This document shows positions 36,498-49,659 of a stretch of 64,000 nucleotides of DNA, piece by piece. Position 1 is the first letter of the stretch, and the number at the start of each line of letters is the position of its first letter. The notes under the pieces were generated by a model, which saw nothing but the letters and a program-made list of their open reading frames with translations, did not search any database and was not told the DNA's origin. Made by a program: the position numbers and the translations under genes. The stretch is taken from assembly GCA_050273025.1 (NCBI GenBank), contig CP158636.1, positions 11,904,001 through 11,968,000 on the forward strand, read 5' to 3'. This DNA comes from Cenococcum geophilum (Eukaryota).

Positions 36498-37658
36498 ATG
36501 GCACCTAAAGTAAGCTTATTTAAGAGAGCTGCCTCTACCTAAGAGGAACCTAAGATCTAATTAGGATTAGAAATTAAAGATAATAATATTATTATAAACG
36601 TACGCGTGTAGATTCGCGCCCTTGCAGCCAGCCAGGAAGCCAATTATCTTAAAGCGAGAAATATACAAGAGACCCTATAAGAGATCCTAGAAAGCCTCGC
36701 GGCCCTATAAAATAGCCCAGCTTCCCCTTCTTAAAGCCCTAGCTGACCTATTTACTTTACTAAATGTAATATACTAGGGAGTACGGATATAATAACGAAG
36801 CAATTAAAGTTTGTTAAGCTCCCTAACCCCCTACTATTATCCGACGGGATAGACCCTACCTTTAAGAATTAGAGGATTTAAGTATAAGGAAAGCTCCGCG
36901 TTAACCATAACTATTTCCTTTCTAAGGAAGCCAAAATGCTCTACCTCTTTAGTTAAACCACTAGGGACGCCTAACGGCACCTTTAAGCCAAGTTTAAGGA
37001 CGACTCCCCTGTCTAATTTATATCTGTTAATGAGATAATACGGTACCTAGCGGCTATTTATATTAACCCGAACAAAGTACGGGATGCCTATTATAACTAT
37101 AATCGCCTAATAATAAAACTAAACCAACCCTTTACTAAATTCTAGACTTAATTCCTATACCTTACAGAAGAAGGCTAGGTTCCCCTTAAGAACTACCAAT
37201 TAGACCTATATAATAAGCTAACAATCTAGCTATAAGAAAAGATTACTATAATATTAGATAACCTACCAACCTATAAAAGACTCGCAGCTTATTACCTATT
37301 ATTAGACTTAGAACTAAAGCGGATTAACGCCCACCCTAATTAGTAAAAGTAACTCCGTAACGATCGGAACTCGCTAGCTATACCTATAGGAGCTAGAGCA
37401 GGAAGATAAGTTACAACTACTCTTATACTAAAGGCAGTTATAACTACGCACTAGCGAGCCTCGCCTAACTAATTACGTACTACGCCATCAACTAGTATTC
37501 GCCGTAATACTCCAATTAACCCTACCTTGGCTACGTACTATAACTGTAATAAGCAGGGTTACTTTATCTTATCCTGCCTGGAGCTAAAGGATATAGGCAA
37601 TATTAAGGAGATAGAGGAAGGAGAAATATCCGATAAGTCGGGAAAAGAAGAACCCTAG
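36498..37658 (+). pseudogene. gag: Element D gag
   Basis: ATG 36498; KLP(D)PLLLSDGIDPTF; knuckle (C)YNCNKQG(H)F..SCL; GGGAAAA candidate frameshift site ~37640. Confidence 0.8.
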
Positions 37659-40600
37659 GGAAAGACTCCCCCCTAGGGTACCCTATTAATCTTAAAGAGA
37701 TTAATCTTAGTCAGTTAATAGGTGGAAAGTATTTTACGGTTCTATATATAGTATCTTAAAATGGATATAGAGTTAATACAACCGCCCTTATTAACACTAG
37801 AGCAAATGGCTTCGCCTTTATAAATACTACCTATATAAATAATATTGCCAAGTTTCTAAATATAGAAGCCATCCGACTAGAGAAGCCTATCTAGGTAAAA
37901 GGCTATAATAGCTAAGCTAGCCGGCCCGTTACCCACGTCTTAAAGTTATATATTACTCTTAACGGACAACGCTAATACGGTATCCCCTTTTGCATCCTAG
38001 ACCTGGGGTCCCACAATATAATCCTTAGACGAAAATAGATGTCCTATTTTAATATTTAGTTAAACGTGTAATAAAGACGGTTTGTTTAGCCGGAGGATAG
38101 ACCAAGGTTATCCTCCTTTATTAGGGAGATTTAAACCAACCGCAAGACACTAGCTGTAAGGGCTAACCCTACCTACTAGCAGGATGTCCGGGCCCGTGAC
38201 CTAGCCTTTACCTAAGAAGACGCCCGCCGCGAAGCTAGAAAGAACTCTATACCGATAAAGATACTCTCCTAAAGCGCTACGTTTAAAGAGGACTCTACGT
38301 ACGGAAGCGGGATAAATAGTGGCGTAGATAACGTCCAAATTATATAGATCTAACCGGTATAGAAAAGAACGTATTAACAGGCTATAAGGGATGACCTCCA
38401 AAAGATGCAACAAAAGCTAAAAGAAGTAATAATAACGCTAGTACCCTAGAAGTCCCTAAAGTCACGTACGCCCCTATTATTAGGCAACCCCCCTACCATA
38501 AACATCGCTGCAATTAGCGCTATAGCGTTCCACTTTAATATATACCAGAAGGACAATAAGGTCTTTATAACGAGCCTATATAAGATTAACCAAATTATTA
38601 ATAATAGAGAGGAAAGGCTAGCTAAGGAAACCAACAAAGAACTAGTCGAATGCCTCCTTTCTACCATTTATATAGACTATAAGGATGCATTCTCAAAGGC
38701 GGCCTTAGATAAGTTACCCCCCTACCGGATATATAATTATAAGATTTAATTAGAAGCCAATAACTCACTAGGCTATAGCCCCCTTTACTATTAATTAACG
38801 GATAAGCTAAAAGTAATAAAGCAGTACTTAATTAACAACCTAGATAAAGGGTTTATTAAGCTAAGTTAAGCCCCTTTTACTTCCCTTATCCTATTTATAA
38901 AAAAGCCTAATAAAGGCCTTCGTTTTTATATTAACTATTAGAAGCTAAACGCTATTACTTAAAAGGACTAGTATCCTATTCCTTTAATTAATAAGACCCT
39001 TACACGTCTAAGCTAGGCAAAGATCTTTACCAAACTTAATATCCGCCAAGCTTTTTACTAAATTAGGATAAACCCTGCATCTAAAGATTTAACAATATTC
39101 TATACCCGTTATAGTTCTTATAAATATAAAGTTCTTTCTTTTGGACTAATAAACGAACCGGCTACGTACTAAAGGTATATAAATAACGTTCTTTTTAATT
39201 ACCTTAACGAATTCTGCACGGCATACCTAGACCACATTCTTATATACTTAGACGACAAACTTAAATATTAAGTTTATATTAAGAAGGTCCTGGAGAGACT
39301 ATAGAACGCAGGCTTATAAGTTAATATTAAGAAATGCGAGTTTAAGGTAAAACGTATAAAATACCTTGGGTTTATTATAACTACGGAAGGAATTAAGGTT
39401 AACCCTAAGAAGGTAGAGGCAATCCGTAACTAGAAGCCCCTTTATATAGTAAAAGGAATCCAATCTTTCCTTAGCTTTTGTAACTTCTACCGCTAGTTTA
39501 TCCGTAACTACGGAATTATAGCAAAACCTCTTGTATGACTAACTAGGAAGGACATACCTTTTGTCTTTAATAATAGCTATATAGAAGCCTTTAAAGAGAT
39601 AAAGGAGCGGCTTATCTCTTCCCTAATCCTTTATCACTATAACCCGGACCTTAAATTAATGCTAGAAACGGACGCCTCTAATAGGGTCGTAGTGGGAATC
39701 CTATCACAGTTATATCCAGACGGCGAATAGTACCCTATAGCTTTCTTCTTAAAGATAATAGACCTGGCTAAGTATAACTACAAAGTACACGATAAAGAAA
39801 TGCTAGCTATTATTTAATTACTTTCCTAATGGCGCGCAGAGCTCAAAGGTATAAACTCCTGGATTAAGATATATACAGATTATAAAGCCCTAGAGTACTT
39901 TATAACTATAAAGCAGCTTACTAAACAATAAGCCTAGTAGGCCGAAATACTCTCCTAATTCTTCTTTATGATTATATATTATTCTAGCAAGCAAAACTCT
40001 AAGGCTAATACCCTAACCCAAAGAAAATAAGACGTAGGACCCTAGGATAAGCTAAAGACCCAATATCAGATGCGCGCCCTCCTCTATCTAGAATAGCTTA
40101 ACCCACGAATCCTTAAGAAGCTAGACTCCTAGTAAAACAAGCTAGCATAGATAAAGGAGTCCTTAAATAAGCCAATAGGGCTAATTAACCGCCTCCTAAC
40201 TATAAACCGCACGGCTGATGCCTTAAGGGCCCTCCGCGAATAAGCCGCGAAAGGAGACCCCGATTTTAAGATGGAGGAAGGATTGCTCCTATACTAGGAG
40301 CGGCTTATAGTCCCTAATATTAACAATCTACGGACTAAACTAATCCGCGAAGCTTATTGCTAAGTCTTAACAGTATACCCTAGCAAGAACAAGACCCGTA
40401 AAATTATTAACTGCCACTACTACTAGCCGAGAATAGTTATGGATATTAATTAATATATACGGAACTATAAAGACTACTAAAGAGCTATAATCCCACGGGA
40501 TAAGACCCTAGGACTACTTAAGCCACTCCCAATACTAGAGCGCCCTTAGCAGTATATCTCTATAGACTTTTATAAACTACCTAGGGACCGTAACGGATAC

Positions 40601-41719
40601 GATATAATTATAATTATAGTTAACCGCTTTAGTAAACGCCCGTTCTTAATTCCCTATTATAAAAACATCGATGCCAAAGAGGCAGCCCGGCTATATGTTT
40701 ATTACGTCTACCGAATCTACGGACTACTAGATACTATTATATCTAATTATAGGCTATAGTTTATATCAGCCTTCTAAAATAAGTTTACCTAGATCCTAGG
40801 TATTAAGCTAAAGCTTTCTACGGCTTATTACCCCTAGATAGACGGTTAGATAGAGATTATAAATTAGTACCTAGACTAAAGGCTTAGGCCCTTTATTAAC
40901 TACTTCCAGAATAACTAGTCTAAACTACTACCCTTAATAGACTACGCGCAAGCAACCCTACCCCATAACTCCACAGGGTTTGCCCTAATTTAGCTAGAAA
41001 TAGGATACTTACCCCGCATAAGCTTTAACTGGAAAAGGCTAAAAGAACCCTAGACTATATAAGAGAAGCTATCCTATGCTAAGGCCCAACAGTACGCTAA
41101 ACGATTGGAGGAAGCCTAGACGGTAGCCTGCGAGAACCTAGAAAAAGCCTAGAGGTTAATAGAACAGCAGGCAAACAAACACCGTCAAGAGCCCGATTTT
41201 GCCCCTGGCGATATAGTCTGGGTTATAATAAAAAATTGAAAGACCAAACGACCTAGCCGTAAGCTAGACTACTAGATAGCAGGACCGTACGAGGTTCTTA
41301 AGAAGATAGGCAACTTATACAAGATAAAGCTCCCAGATTTAATTAGGGTTCACCCTATCTTCTTACCAGATAAGTTACGGAAAGCTATAAACGACCCATT
41401 GCCTAAACAAAAGAACGAGCTTCCCCTACCAGTTTAAGTAAACGGTAATAACAAATAGGAGGTTAACGAAATACTAGCCTATAAGATAGTACGGGGAACG
41501 CTAAAATACCGTGTCTAATGGAAGGGCTACGATTCTAACCCAACCTAGTACCCTACATGGAACTTTATAGGCTACCCCTAGAAGCTTAAAGAATTCCACA
41601 ACCAATACCTTAATACGCCTAGACCCCCGAAGTACCTAGACAAATAGATAGAATGCTAGTATAATAAAGATAATAAGTTACCAGAAGAATATAGGGATAA
41701 AAACGCCCTAAAGCCCTAA
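37640..41719 (+). pseudogene. pol: Element D pol (PR-RT-RH-IN-chromodomain)
   Basis: ALI(D)T(G)ANGFAF, KL(D)IRQAF, TAYLDHILIY, LETDAS, *EVNEILA..KYRV*WKGYD.NPT*. Confidence 0.92.
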
Positions 41720-43346
41720 TATAGCTGTCTGCCAAATTCTGCCATATTCTACCGTTTTCTACCAATACCATAAAATTTCAGATGTCTAGGAACTTCGACC
41801 GCCGGTTAAAGTTGTCTAATTAGTCAGATCTGTGCTAAGACTTTTAGCGGCTACTCTTCCTAGCCTAGCGCTTCCACTTAGCCTATAATCGCCCTTTATA
41901 CTTAGTCTAGACGTACTTATATTTTATAATCCTACGTTTATAAGCCTAGTGCTACCCTATTTCTAACTAAGCCTAAGGGCAGGCTTTCTTTCAAAGAGGG
42001 GGGTGATGTAACGGCGCTATCGCGCGTTACCTGCCAAATTCTGCCATATTCTGCTGACCTGCGATTAGCCCGCCTAAAGCTAGCGCCTTAGCGGCTCACC
42101 TTATATATTTATTTACATTGGTCCTAGCGACCCCTTTTCCTTCTCTTTAGCTTAGTATCTTCGTAATACAGCATTCTACAAGCTTCGGTTTAGAGGCATT
42201 TATACGAGCCGTAACATCTAGAAGATAGCCAGAAAGGTCACTAGAAAGTATTTAAATTACTAAAGGAATAAACTAATAAGGCATAAGCTATATAGAGGGC
42301 TATAACCTATTAAAATACCAGAGAGACCATAGGAGGTCATATTATGGGACTTTATTATTAAGTTGCCAAAATTAAGAGATCCTATTACAGGATAAGATTA
42401 TAATGCAATTTTAGTAATAATAGACAAGCTTACAAAGTAGGGATACTTTATAGCCTATATAGAAGAAATCTCAGCGGAAGATATCGCTAGAATCTATATA
42501 AAAGAAGTATTCGTAAGACATAGAGTACTAAGTAAGATTATATCGGATAGAGATCCAAGATTCGTAGCAGCATTTTAGGAGGTATTCTTAGCGGAGCAAG
42601 GAGTTTAAGTAGTAACTTCTACCGTATATTATCCGCAGACAGACGGTTAAATAGAAAGATTAAACTAGACACTAGAACAGTATCTAAGGCACTATATTAA
42701 TTACGCATAGAATAATTAGGTATTATTATTACTAGTTATATAGTTTACATACAATACAATACCATAAGAAGAAATAGGTACTTCACCATTTAAGGCGAAT
42801 TACGGATACGAGCTAAGAACATTATTATCGCCACATTAAGTAAAAAAGATAAATAGAACAGCTAAGCAAAGAATAGAAACTTTAATAAATCTTCATAAGA
42901 ACCTTACAGAAACAGCTAAGGTAGTATAGTAAAGAATGAAGAAATACTATAACGCTAAGAGATCTAAGGGACCAGATCTTAAGGAGGGAGATAAAGTATG
43001 GCTACTATACAAAAATTTCAAGAGTTAATGACTAAGTAAGAAGTTAGACCACGTCAGACTAGGACCTTTTAGAATTACGTAAAAAATTTCACTAGTTACG
43101 TTTAAGTTAAACCTACTAGCCAAAATAAAGATCTACCCTATATAGCATATCGCAATACTAAAGCTAGCATACGGGAATGTTAAGCTATTAATCTATAAAG
43201 TAGACACGTATAGAGGACAGGAAGAAGATAAATAGCAAGTTTTAAAGATCGTTAGTTATAAGGACGTTAATAAAATATAGTATAAAGTAAAGTAAATAGG
43301 CTATAATAAGACTACCTAGGAGCTACTAGAGAACCTAAAGAACGCT

Positions 43347-44014
43347 ATAGGAAAGGTATAGGTGTATTAGAAGAAAATAGGTCAGGCAATATTAATAAGG
43401 AAGGATTGCTAAAAAATAAGTCACCTAAGGGGGACCTAGAAAGAGCGACTACTAAACTACTTAGAGTTATTTCCTTTATAAGAAGAAAGTTAGTTCTCTT
43501 ATTACCAAGTTTCTATAGACCTTATTCTATAAGTTTCCACTCCTTAAAATAAACCTTTTCGCGGACTTTTTTAAGACGAATTAGTTAAATAGACGCAGTA
43601 AGACGGGAGTTAAGGGCACGCTATTAAGCAGTAGTAGCCTCCTCCTTAGTATTATAAGAACGATGAAGTTCCGCCAGAGCTACCGAGAGCTTATTATTAA
43701 GCTTTACAGTAGCAGATTAAATACAAGACCCTATAATAAATTACTTAGGAAACTTAACGACTATTAAGAGTTATAGGACGCGTATACTTAGCGTTAAAAA
43801 TAAAGCAAACGTCGTAGGACAAATAAATATTCGCTTTAGTGCACTCTAAATAAGAAAAAGGTTGCTAAAATAAAGGACTCGCCAGCGCAATATAAACTAA
43901 CCCCTCTTTCGCATAACGAGAACACGGAGATAGCATTACTTTACCCAGCGATAGTATAATGGTGATAGTACGAGCGCGACGGGCTGTAGAAGAAAGAGAA
44001 GTTACTTTAGGTAT
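43347..44014 (-). pseudogene. Antisense ORF of element C: Zn-cluster-like Cys motif plus coiled coil
   Basis: PCSR(C)AKEGLV(C)IALASP..(C)LECTKANI..S(C)DV; second exon RLKKVREKV..KEWKLIE*GL*KL. Confidence 0.65.
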
Positions 44015-45099
44015 AATAAGTAATAATATTAACCAAATTAACTAGACGGATATTACACCTCTAGTAAATAACTTAGAGATATTTAAAATCTTTAAAGACA
44101 AAGATAAAGAGGAGAGAGATAGTATTACGGACGCTTTAAGTACAATATTATAACTACTTGGAGAAGAGTTAAAAGAAGCTAGTTAGTTAATATAGGCACG
44201 GTTTAGAATAGATCCGGTAGAACTATATAACGAGAAATAGTAACTAAGTCACGTAATGTAATCTATATAATCTATATAATCTATATAATCCGCGACAAAG
44301 TAAATAGAGTATACGTATATTACGTATAAGAAGGATTCCATAGGAGTACAGTTGTGTATTTAAGGACCCTTAGTCCCTACCTAAATAGTTCCTTCCTTAT
44401 AGTAATTCTTAGAATACAATTAGAGTTAATCTGTTAGGCAACCACTCCACTAGTTGTTATTACGTTATTGACTTACTTGCAATACCTACACACCTAGCCC
44501 AATAACGAGCCCACCGTAGTACTTGCTACAAGGTTCTATTACATTTTTAGCCTTTTAGACCTACTTTTTATACCTAGCCGGCTAGGCCTAAATTCCCTAG
44601 GAAGATCTAATGCTAGACCTATTTAATAAGCTTACCCTAGACCTGCAGCGGGCCGTACTGCTAGTTTTTACTACTATATAGACGCTAAAGGAACTTACGG
44701 ATTAGTGCTTAGCTATTAACTAAGGCCTCTATTAAATTAAGGCACGTGCCAAACAGTATAAAGCTAAAAACCCTCTAAATTAGACTATAAGCAATATAAG
44801 AACAGCCCATAGCACCCTAGTATAATTAGTAACTCCTATAGCACTAGCTATACAGCCTACTACTAATATAGCAGCTAGCCGTGCGGCTAGTTCTACCGTA
44901 GGTCTAGCGAATGCTTAACCTATATATAGCAGCCCCTATATATAGGCCCCTAGTAATTAAGGCGCCTGCTTCTCTTATAGCTAGAAAGGCTATATTATAA
45001 AAGGCTACCTAATAAATATAAAAAGGGATAAAGTTTTATTAATCTAGGAGAATAGTATAGAGTTAGAAAAAGAGAAACCCTAGAGAAAGACTCTTCTTT

Positions 45100-48000
45100 A
45101 GGATTAAAAGGGATTAATATATTATATATTAATCTAGGTCGGCTAGTTAGTAAAAAAAGCTGCACTATCCCTTATACTTTATTTTATAATAAATATTAAG
45201 TTTTAACCTCTACTTTAGCTAACTCTAAAGTAAATGCCTTTACCTTAATAGATACCTAGTGCGCTATAAAGCTGGCTAACTTTTTAAATATACCCCTTAA
45301 AGAACTGCCTAAACTAATTTCTATTTATGGGTATAACGGATAAATAGGGCCACCTATTATAACTATTTTATAGATTTACCTTTATGTTAACGGACGAAGG
45401 TAGTATAATATCCCCTTCCTTATTACAGACCTAGGAAGCTATAATATAATCTTAGGGAGAAAATAGCTAGCCTATTTAGGCTTACAGCTAAATATATAGA
45501 GTAGACGGCTTATCTAGCCCAAAACTCTACCCCTAACTCCTTCCTTTATAAAAGAAATTAGTATTATAATAGAAAATCTTATACGGCCCTAGATTAATAC
45601 TATTTACTAGGCCGATGCTATATATAGGGACCAGGCCTTTAAAAAAGATATATAGCTTAATCCGTAATAGATCCGTATACTACGCCGCCCCTAGACTACC
45701 TATATTACACTATCCGCATTAAAGACCTAAGAAGTTAGTAATGACCCAGAAAAGCCCCCTATAGAGAGCTTAGGCCCTATATAGCTATAAAGAATAGCAA
45801 GGAACATTAGATGTTATACTAAACTAATAAATTAAAGGGATAACTTATAGAAGAGAGAATAGGAGCTAAGAAAGATTATAAACCTTAGACCATAAAATAC
45901 GGTCTAGTAAACGGCTATAAGAAAACCTACGGACCTCCTACTAGTTAATATCTACTATATTAGCGCCATAGGATTCTATTAGAACTTGGTCCAGCCTAAT
46001 ACTATTACTTTTATAACCAGCTTATATAAAATTAACCAAATACTTAAGGAAAAGGAAAGTAAACTTAGTAGATAGGAGGGCGAGCTTACGGACAAGGAGC
46101 TAGTAAAATAGAAACTACCCTATTAACATTAGAAGTTTAAGGATATATTCTCTAAGGCAGCGTCTAATAGACTCCCGCCTTACTAACCGTATGACTATAA
46201 GATTAAGATTAAGCTAGACAAGGAAAACACCCTTAGCTTTAGCCCCCTTTACTAGTAGTCTATTGCTAAATTATAGGCCGTAAAGCAGTACCTTATTAAT
46301 AACTTAAATAAGGGTTTTATTAAGCCTAGCTAAGCCCCTTTTAACTCGCCTATCCTTTTTACTAAAAAGCTAAATAGAGGACTCTGTTTCTATATTAATT
46401 ACTATAAGCTAAATAATATAACCCACAAGGACCACTATCTACTGCCCCTACTTAATAAGACACTAGCCCAAATAAGTAGAGCTAAGGTCTTTATAAAGCT
46501 TAATATCCGCTAGGCCTTCTACTAAATTAGAATAAACCCTAGCTTAGAGGATCTTACTATATTTCAGACCTATTACGGAATATATAAATATAAGATACTA
46601 CCTTTTAGGCTAACTAACGGACCGGCTACGTACTAGCGGTATATAAACGATATATTTTTTAACTACCTTAACAACTTCTATACGGCCTACCTAGATAATA
46701 TTATAATCTACTCTAAGAATAAGCTAGAATATAAGGAGCACGTCTATAAAGTCCTCTAACGGCTCCATAAGGCTAGCCTCTAGGCCGATATTAAGAAGTT
46801 AGAGTTTAGTATTAAACGTATAAAGTACCTAGGGTTTATTATTAGTATGGATAAAATCGAGACCGACCTAAAAAAACGGCCGTAATTACCTAATAGGCAC
46901 CCCTATAGACCGTAAGGGGGGTATAATTATTCCTAGATTTCTATAACTTTTACTAACGCTTTATTAGGGACTACAGCAAGATTACTAGGCCTCTTAACCA
47001 CCTTACCTAAAAAGACTAGCCCTTCTATTTTAATACCGTATATAGGCAGGCTTTTAATAAGCTTAAGAAACGACTGGTCTCCACTCCCTTATTCACCCAC
47101 TTTAACCTAAAACGGCCCTTAATGCTAGAAACCGACGCCTTAGATAGTATTATAGCTAGCGTTTATTTCTAAAAGCAAATGGACAGAGAATAGTACCCTA
47201 TTGCTTACTATTTAAAGACTATAGTAGATGCTAAGCTAAACTACCTAGTATATAATAAAGAAATGCTAGCTATTATCTCTAGCTTCTAGTACTAGCGAGT
47301 ATAGTTAGAAGGGACCCCTAAGCCTATCTAGGTAGTTTCCAATTATAAGGCTTTAAAATATTTTATAATAATAAAGGCCCTTACAGCACGGTAGGCGCGC
47401 TAGGCGGATACTCTATCTTAGTTTAACTTCCTAATTATATATAGGCCAGGCGCCACTAACTATATAGATATACTTATAAGACGTAAATAAGACCTAGATA
47501 AATAGGTAGCCGTAAAGACCTTATTACGGAGCCAGATGCTACTATAGCTAGAGTACCTTAACCCTTAAATACGGGCAGAACTAAGTACAGGATCTTTAAA
47601 AGCCGAGATATACCCTATAAACTCTATAGAACTTAACCTTATTAATAAACTACTGCAGGTAAACTATACGGTCCCTTCTCTATAGGAGTACCGTAAAAAG
47701 GTAAAGGACACTACTAGCCTATAGTCCCTTAAAAATAGACTGCTTAAGTATTAGGCACGGCTAGTAGTAGTAAAGGAATAAAATTTATAGACTTAACTTA
47801 TCGCCAAAGCACATAACTAGGTCTCTACGGCCTATCCTAGAAAAAATAAGACCCGTAAGATTATTGGTAACTATTACTATTGGCCTAAAATAGCTATAGA
47901 TATTAACCGTTACGTACAAAACTGCAATAGTTGCCTAGGTTTACAATTCTACAAGATAAGACCCTAGGACTATTAAAACCCCTTCTAATACTAAAACGCC

Positions 48001-49175
48001 CTTAGTAGTATATCTCTATAGATTTCTATAAACTGCCTCTAGACCATAACGGATACAATATAGTTATAATTTTAGTTAACCACTTTAGCAAGCGCCCGTT
48101 TTTAATTCCCTATTATAAGAATATTAATGCTAAAAAGGCGGCCTAACTATATATCTACTACGTCTACCAAATTTATAGACGACTAAATACTATCATCTCT
48201 AATCGCGGGCCATAGTTTATATCAGCCTTTTAGAACAAGTTTACCCAGATTCTAGGCATTAAGCTAAAGCTTTTTACGGTATATTACCCCTAAATAAACG
48301 GTTAGACGGAGATTATAAACTAATACCTAGATTAGAGGCTCCGGCCCTTTATTAACTACTTCTAAAATAACTAGGCTAAACTACTACCCCTTATAGACTA
48401 TACCCAGGCGACTCTACCCTATAAATCCACTAGATTTGCCCCTATTTAACTAGAAATAGGCTACTTACCCCGCACTAGCTTTAACTAGGAAAGACTAAAA
48501 GGACCTTAAACCATATGCGAAAAACTGTCTTATAAGGAAGCCTAGCAGTACGCTAAGCACTTAAAAGAAGCCTAGATAGTAGCCCACGTAAATCTAAAAA
48601 AGGCCTAGAAATTAATAGAATAGTAGACAAATAAGTATAGGCACGAGCCTAACTTTACTATAGGTAATATGGTCTAGGTTATAATAAAGAACTAAAAAAC
48701 AAGACGACTTAGCTATAAGCTAGACTATTAGATGGCAGGACCGTACAAGGTCTTTAAGAAAAGGGGTAACTTATATAAGGTAAAGCTTCTAGATTTAATA
48801 AAGGTTTACCCTATTTTTTTGCCGGATAAGCTATATAAAGCTACGGACAACTTATTACCTAGACAAAAGAATAAAACCCCCCTACTAATTTAAGTTAATA
48901 GCGACAATAAATAGGAAATTAAAGAAATACTAGCCTATAAACTAGTAAGGAGAACGCTAAAATACCGCGTTAGTTAAAAAGGCTATAACCTAAATCCTAC
49001 TTAGTACCCTATATAGAACTTTATTAGCAGTCCCTATAAGCTTTAAAAATTCTATAACCGTTACCTTAATAAACTAGGACCCCTAAAGTACCTAGATAAG
49101 TAAATAGAGTGCTAGTATAGTAAAGATAATAGGCTACTAGAAGAATATAAAAATAAGAACGCCCTATAGGAGTAA
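45100..49175 (+). pseudogene. pol: Element B pol (PR-RT-RH-IN-chromodomain)
   Basis: KL(D)IR*AF, TAYLD(D)IIIYS, LETDA.D, integrase core, chromodomain ~48908-49050. Confidence 0.92.
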
Positions 49176-49659
49176 TACGGACATATAAAGCCTAAGGGTA
49201 GGCTTTACTAAAGGGGGGGTAATGTTACGGCACTGGCAGAACTTGGCAGAACTTCATACTAGCAAGTTGCCATAGATTACCGCATATTGCGGTTACGTAA
49301 CGCGAAGATCTTATAAAATATTAAGCGGCGCTACTTTTCTTCTCCTTTCCTTTCCCTAGCTTTAGATTCTCGTTTATAGACAATCCAATCGTATAGGCCT
49401 ACGCGTCTCTCATACCGTGCTTATGCCTTAATTAACTAAGTCGCTAACAATATTAGGACTAGCAGAAAGAAGTCTTTCATTTTTTATTTACTATATTTGC
49501 AACGGTTTATATAATTCTTCTTTTATTTATATAAGCCTCCCTTAAATTTATAAGAGCAATAGCGATAGAACCAATAAAGGGAATACTAGGAATACTAGGC
49601 CTATTCTATAATAACAGCAAAGAAGGAAGTAGGTAGCCTATTAACCTATAAAGTTTTCC

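Larger units (their letters stand above)
36058..42216 (+). mobile_element. Gypsy chromovirus element D, nested in C integrase (uninterrupted, 6159 bp)
   Basis: 210-bp LTRs 36058-36267 and 42007-42216; PPT aaagagggggg; TCTA on both flanks. Confidence 0.95.
33900..43412 (+). pseudogene. pol: Element C pol (PR-RT-RH-IN-chromodomain), split by D
   Basis: ALIDS(G)ATRNYI, KIDLR*AYH*IRI, YL(D)DIIIY, ETDA.DF, YPQTDG*; chromodomain ~43228-43370. Confidence 0.9.
30425..44543 (+). mobile_element. Gypsy chromovirus element C, nested in B gag
   Basis: 421-bp LTRs 30425-30845 and 44123-44543; TSD TTTTT; PPT aaagaggagagag. Confidence 0.95.
29845..45083 (+). pseudogene. gag: Element B gag, split by C at 30424/44549
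   Basis: DP.LL.DG.DP.F.N*K.., MAYVFGRT..DA; zinc knuckle CFS(C)..KG(H)..G(C)L near 44970-45010. Confidence 0.75.
29426..49449 (+). mobile_element. Gypsy chromovirus element B, nested in A
   Basis: 227-bp LTRs 29426-29652 and 49223-49449; TSD ATATT; PPT aaggggggg. Confidence 0.95.
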
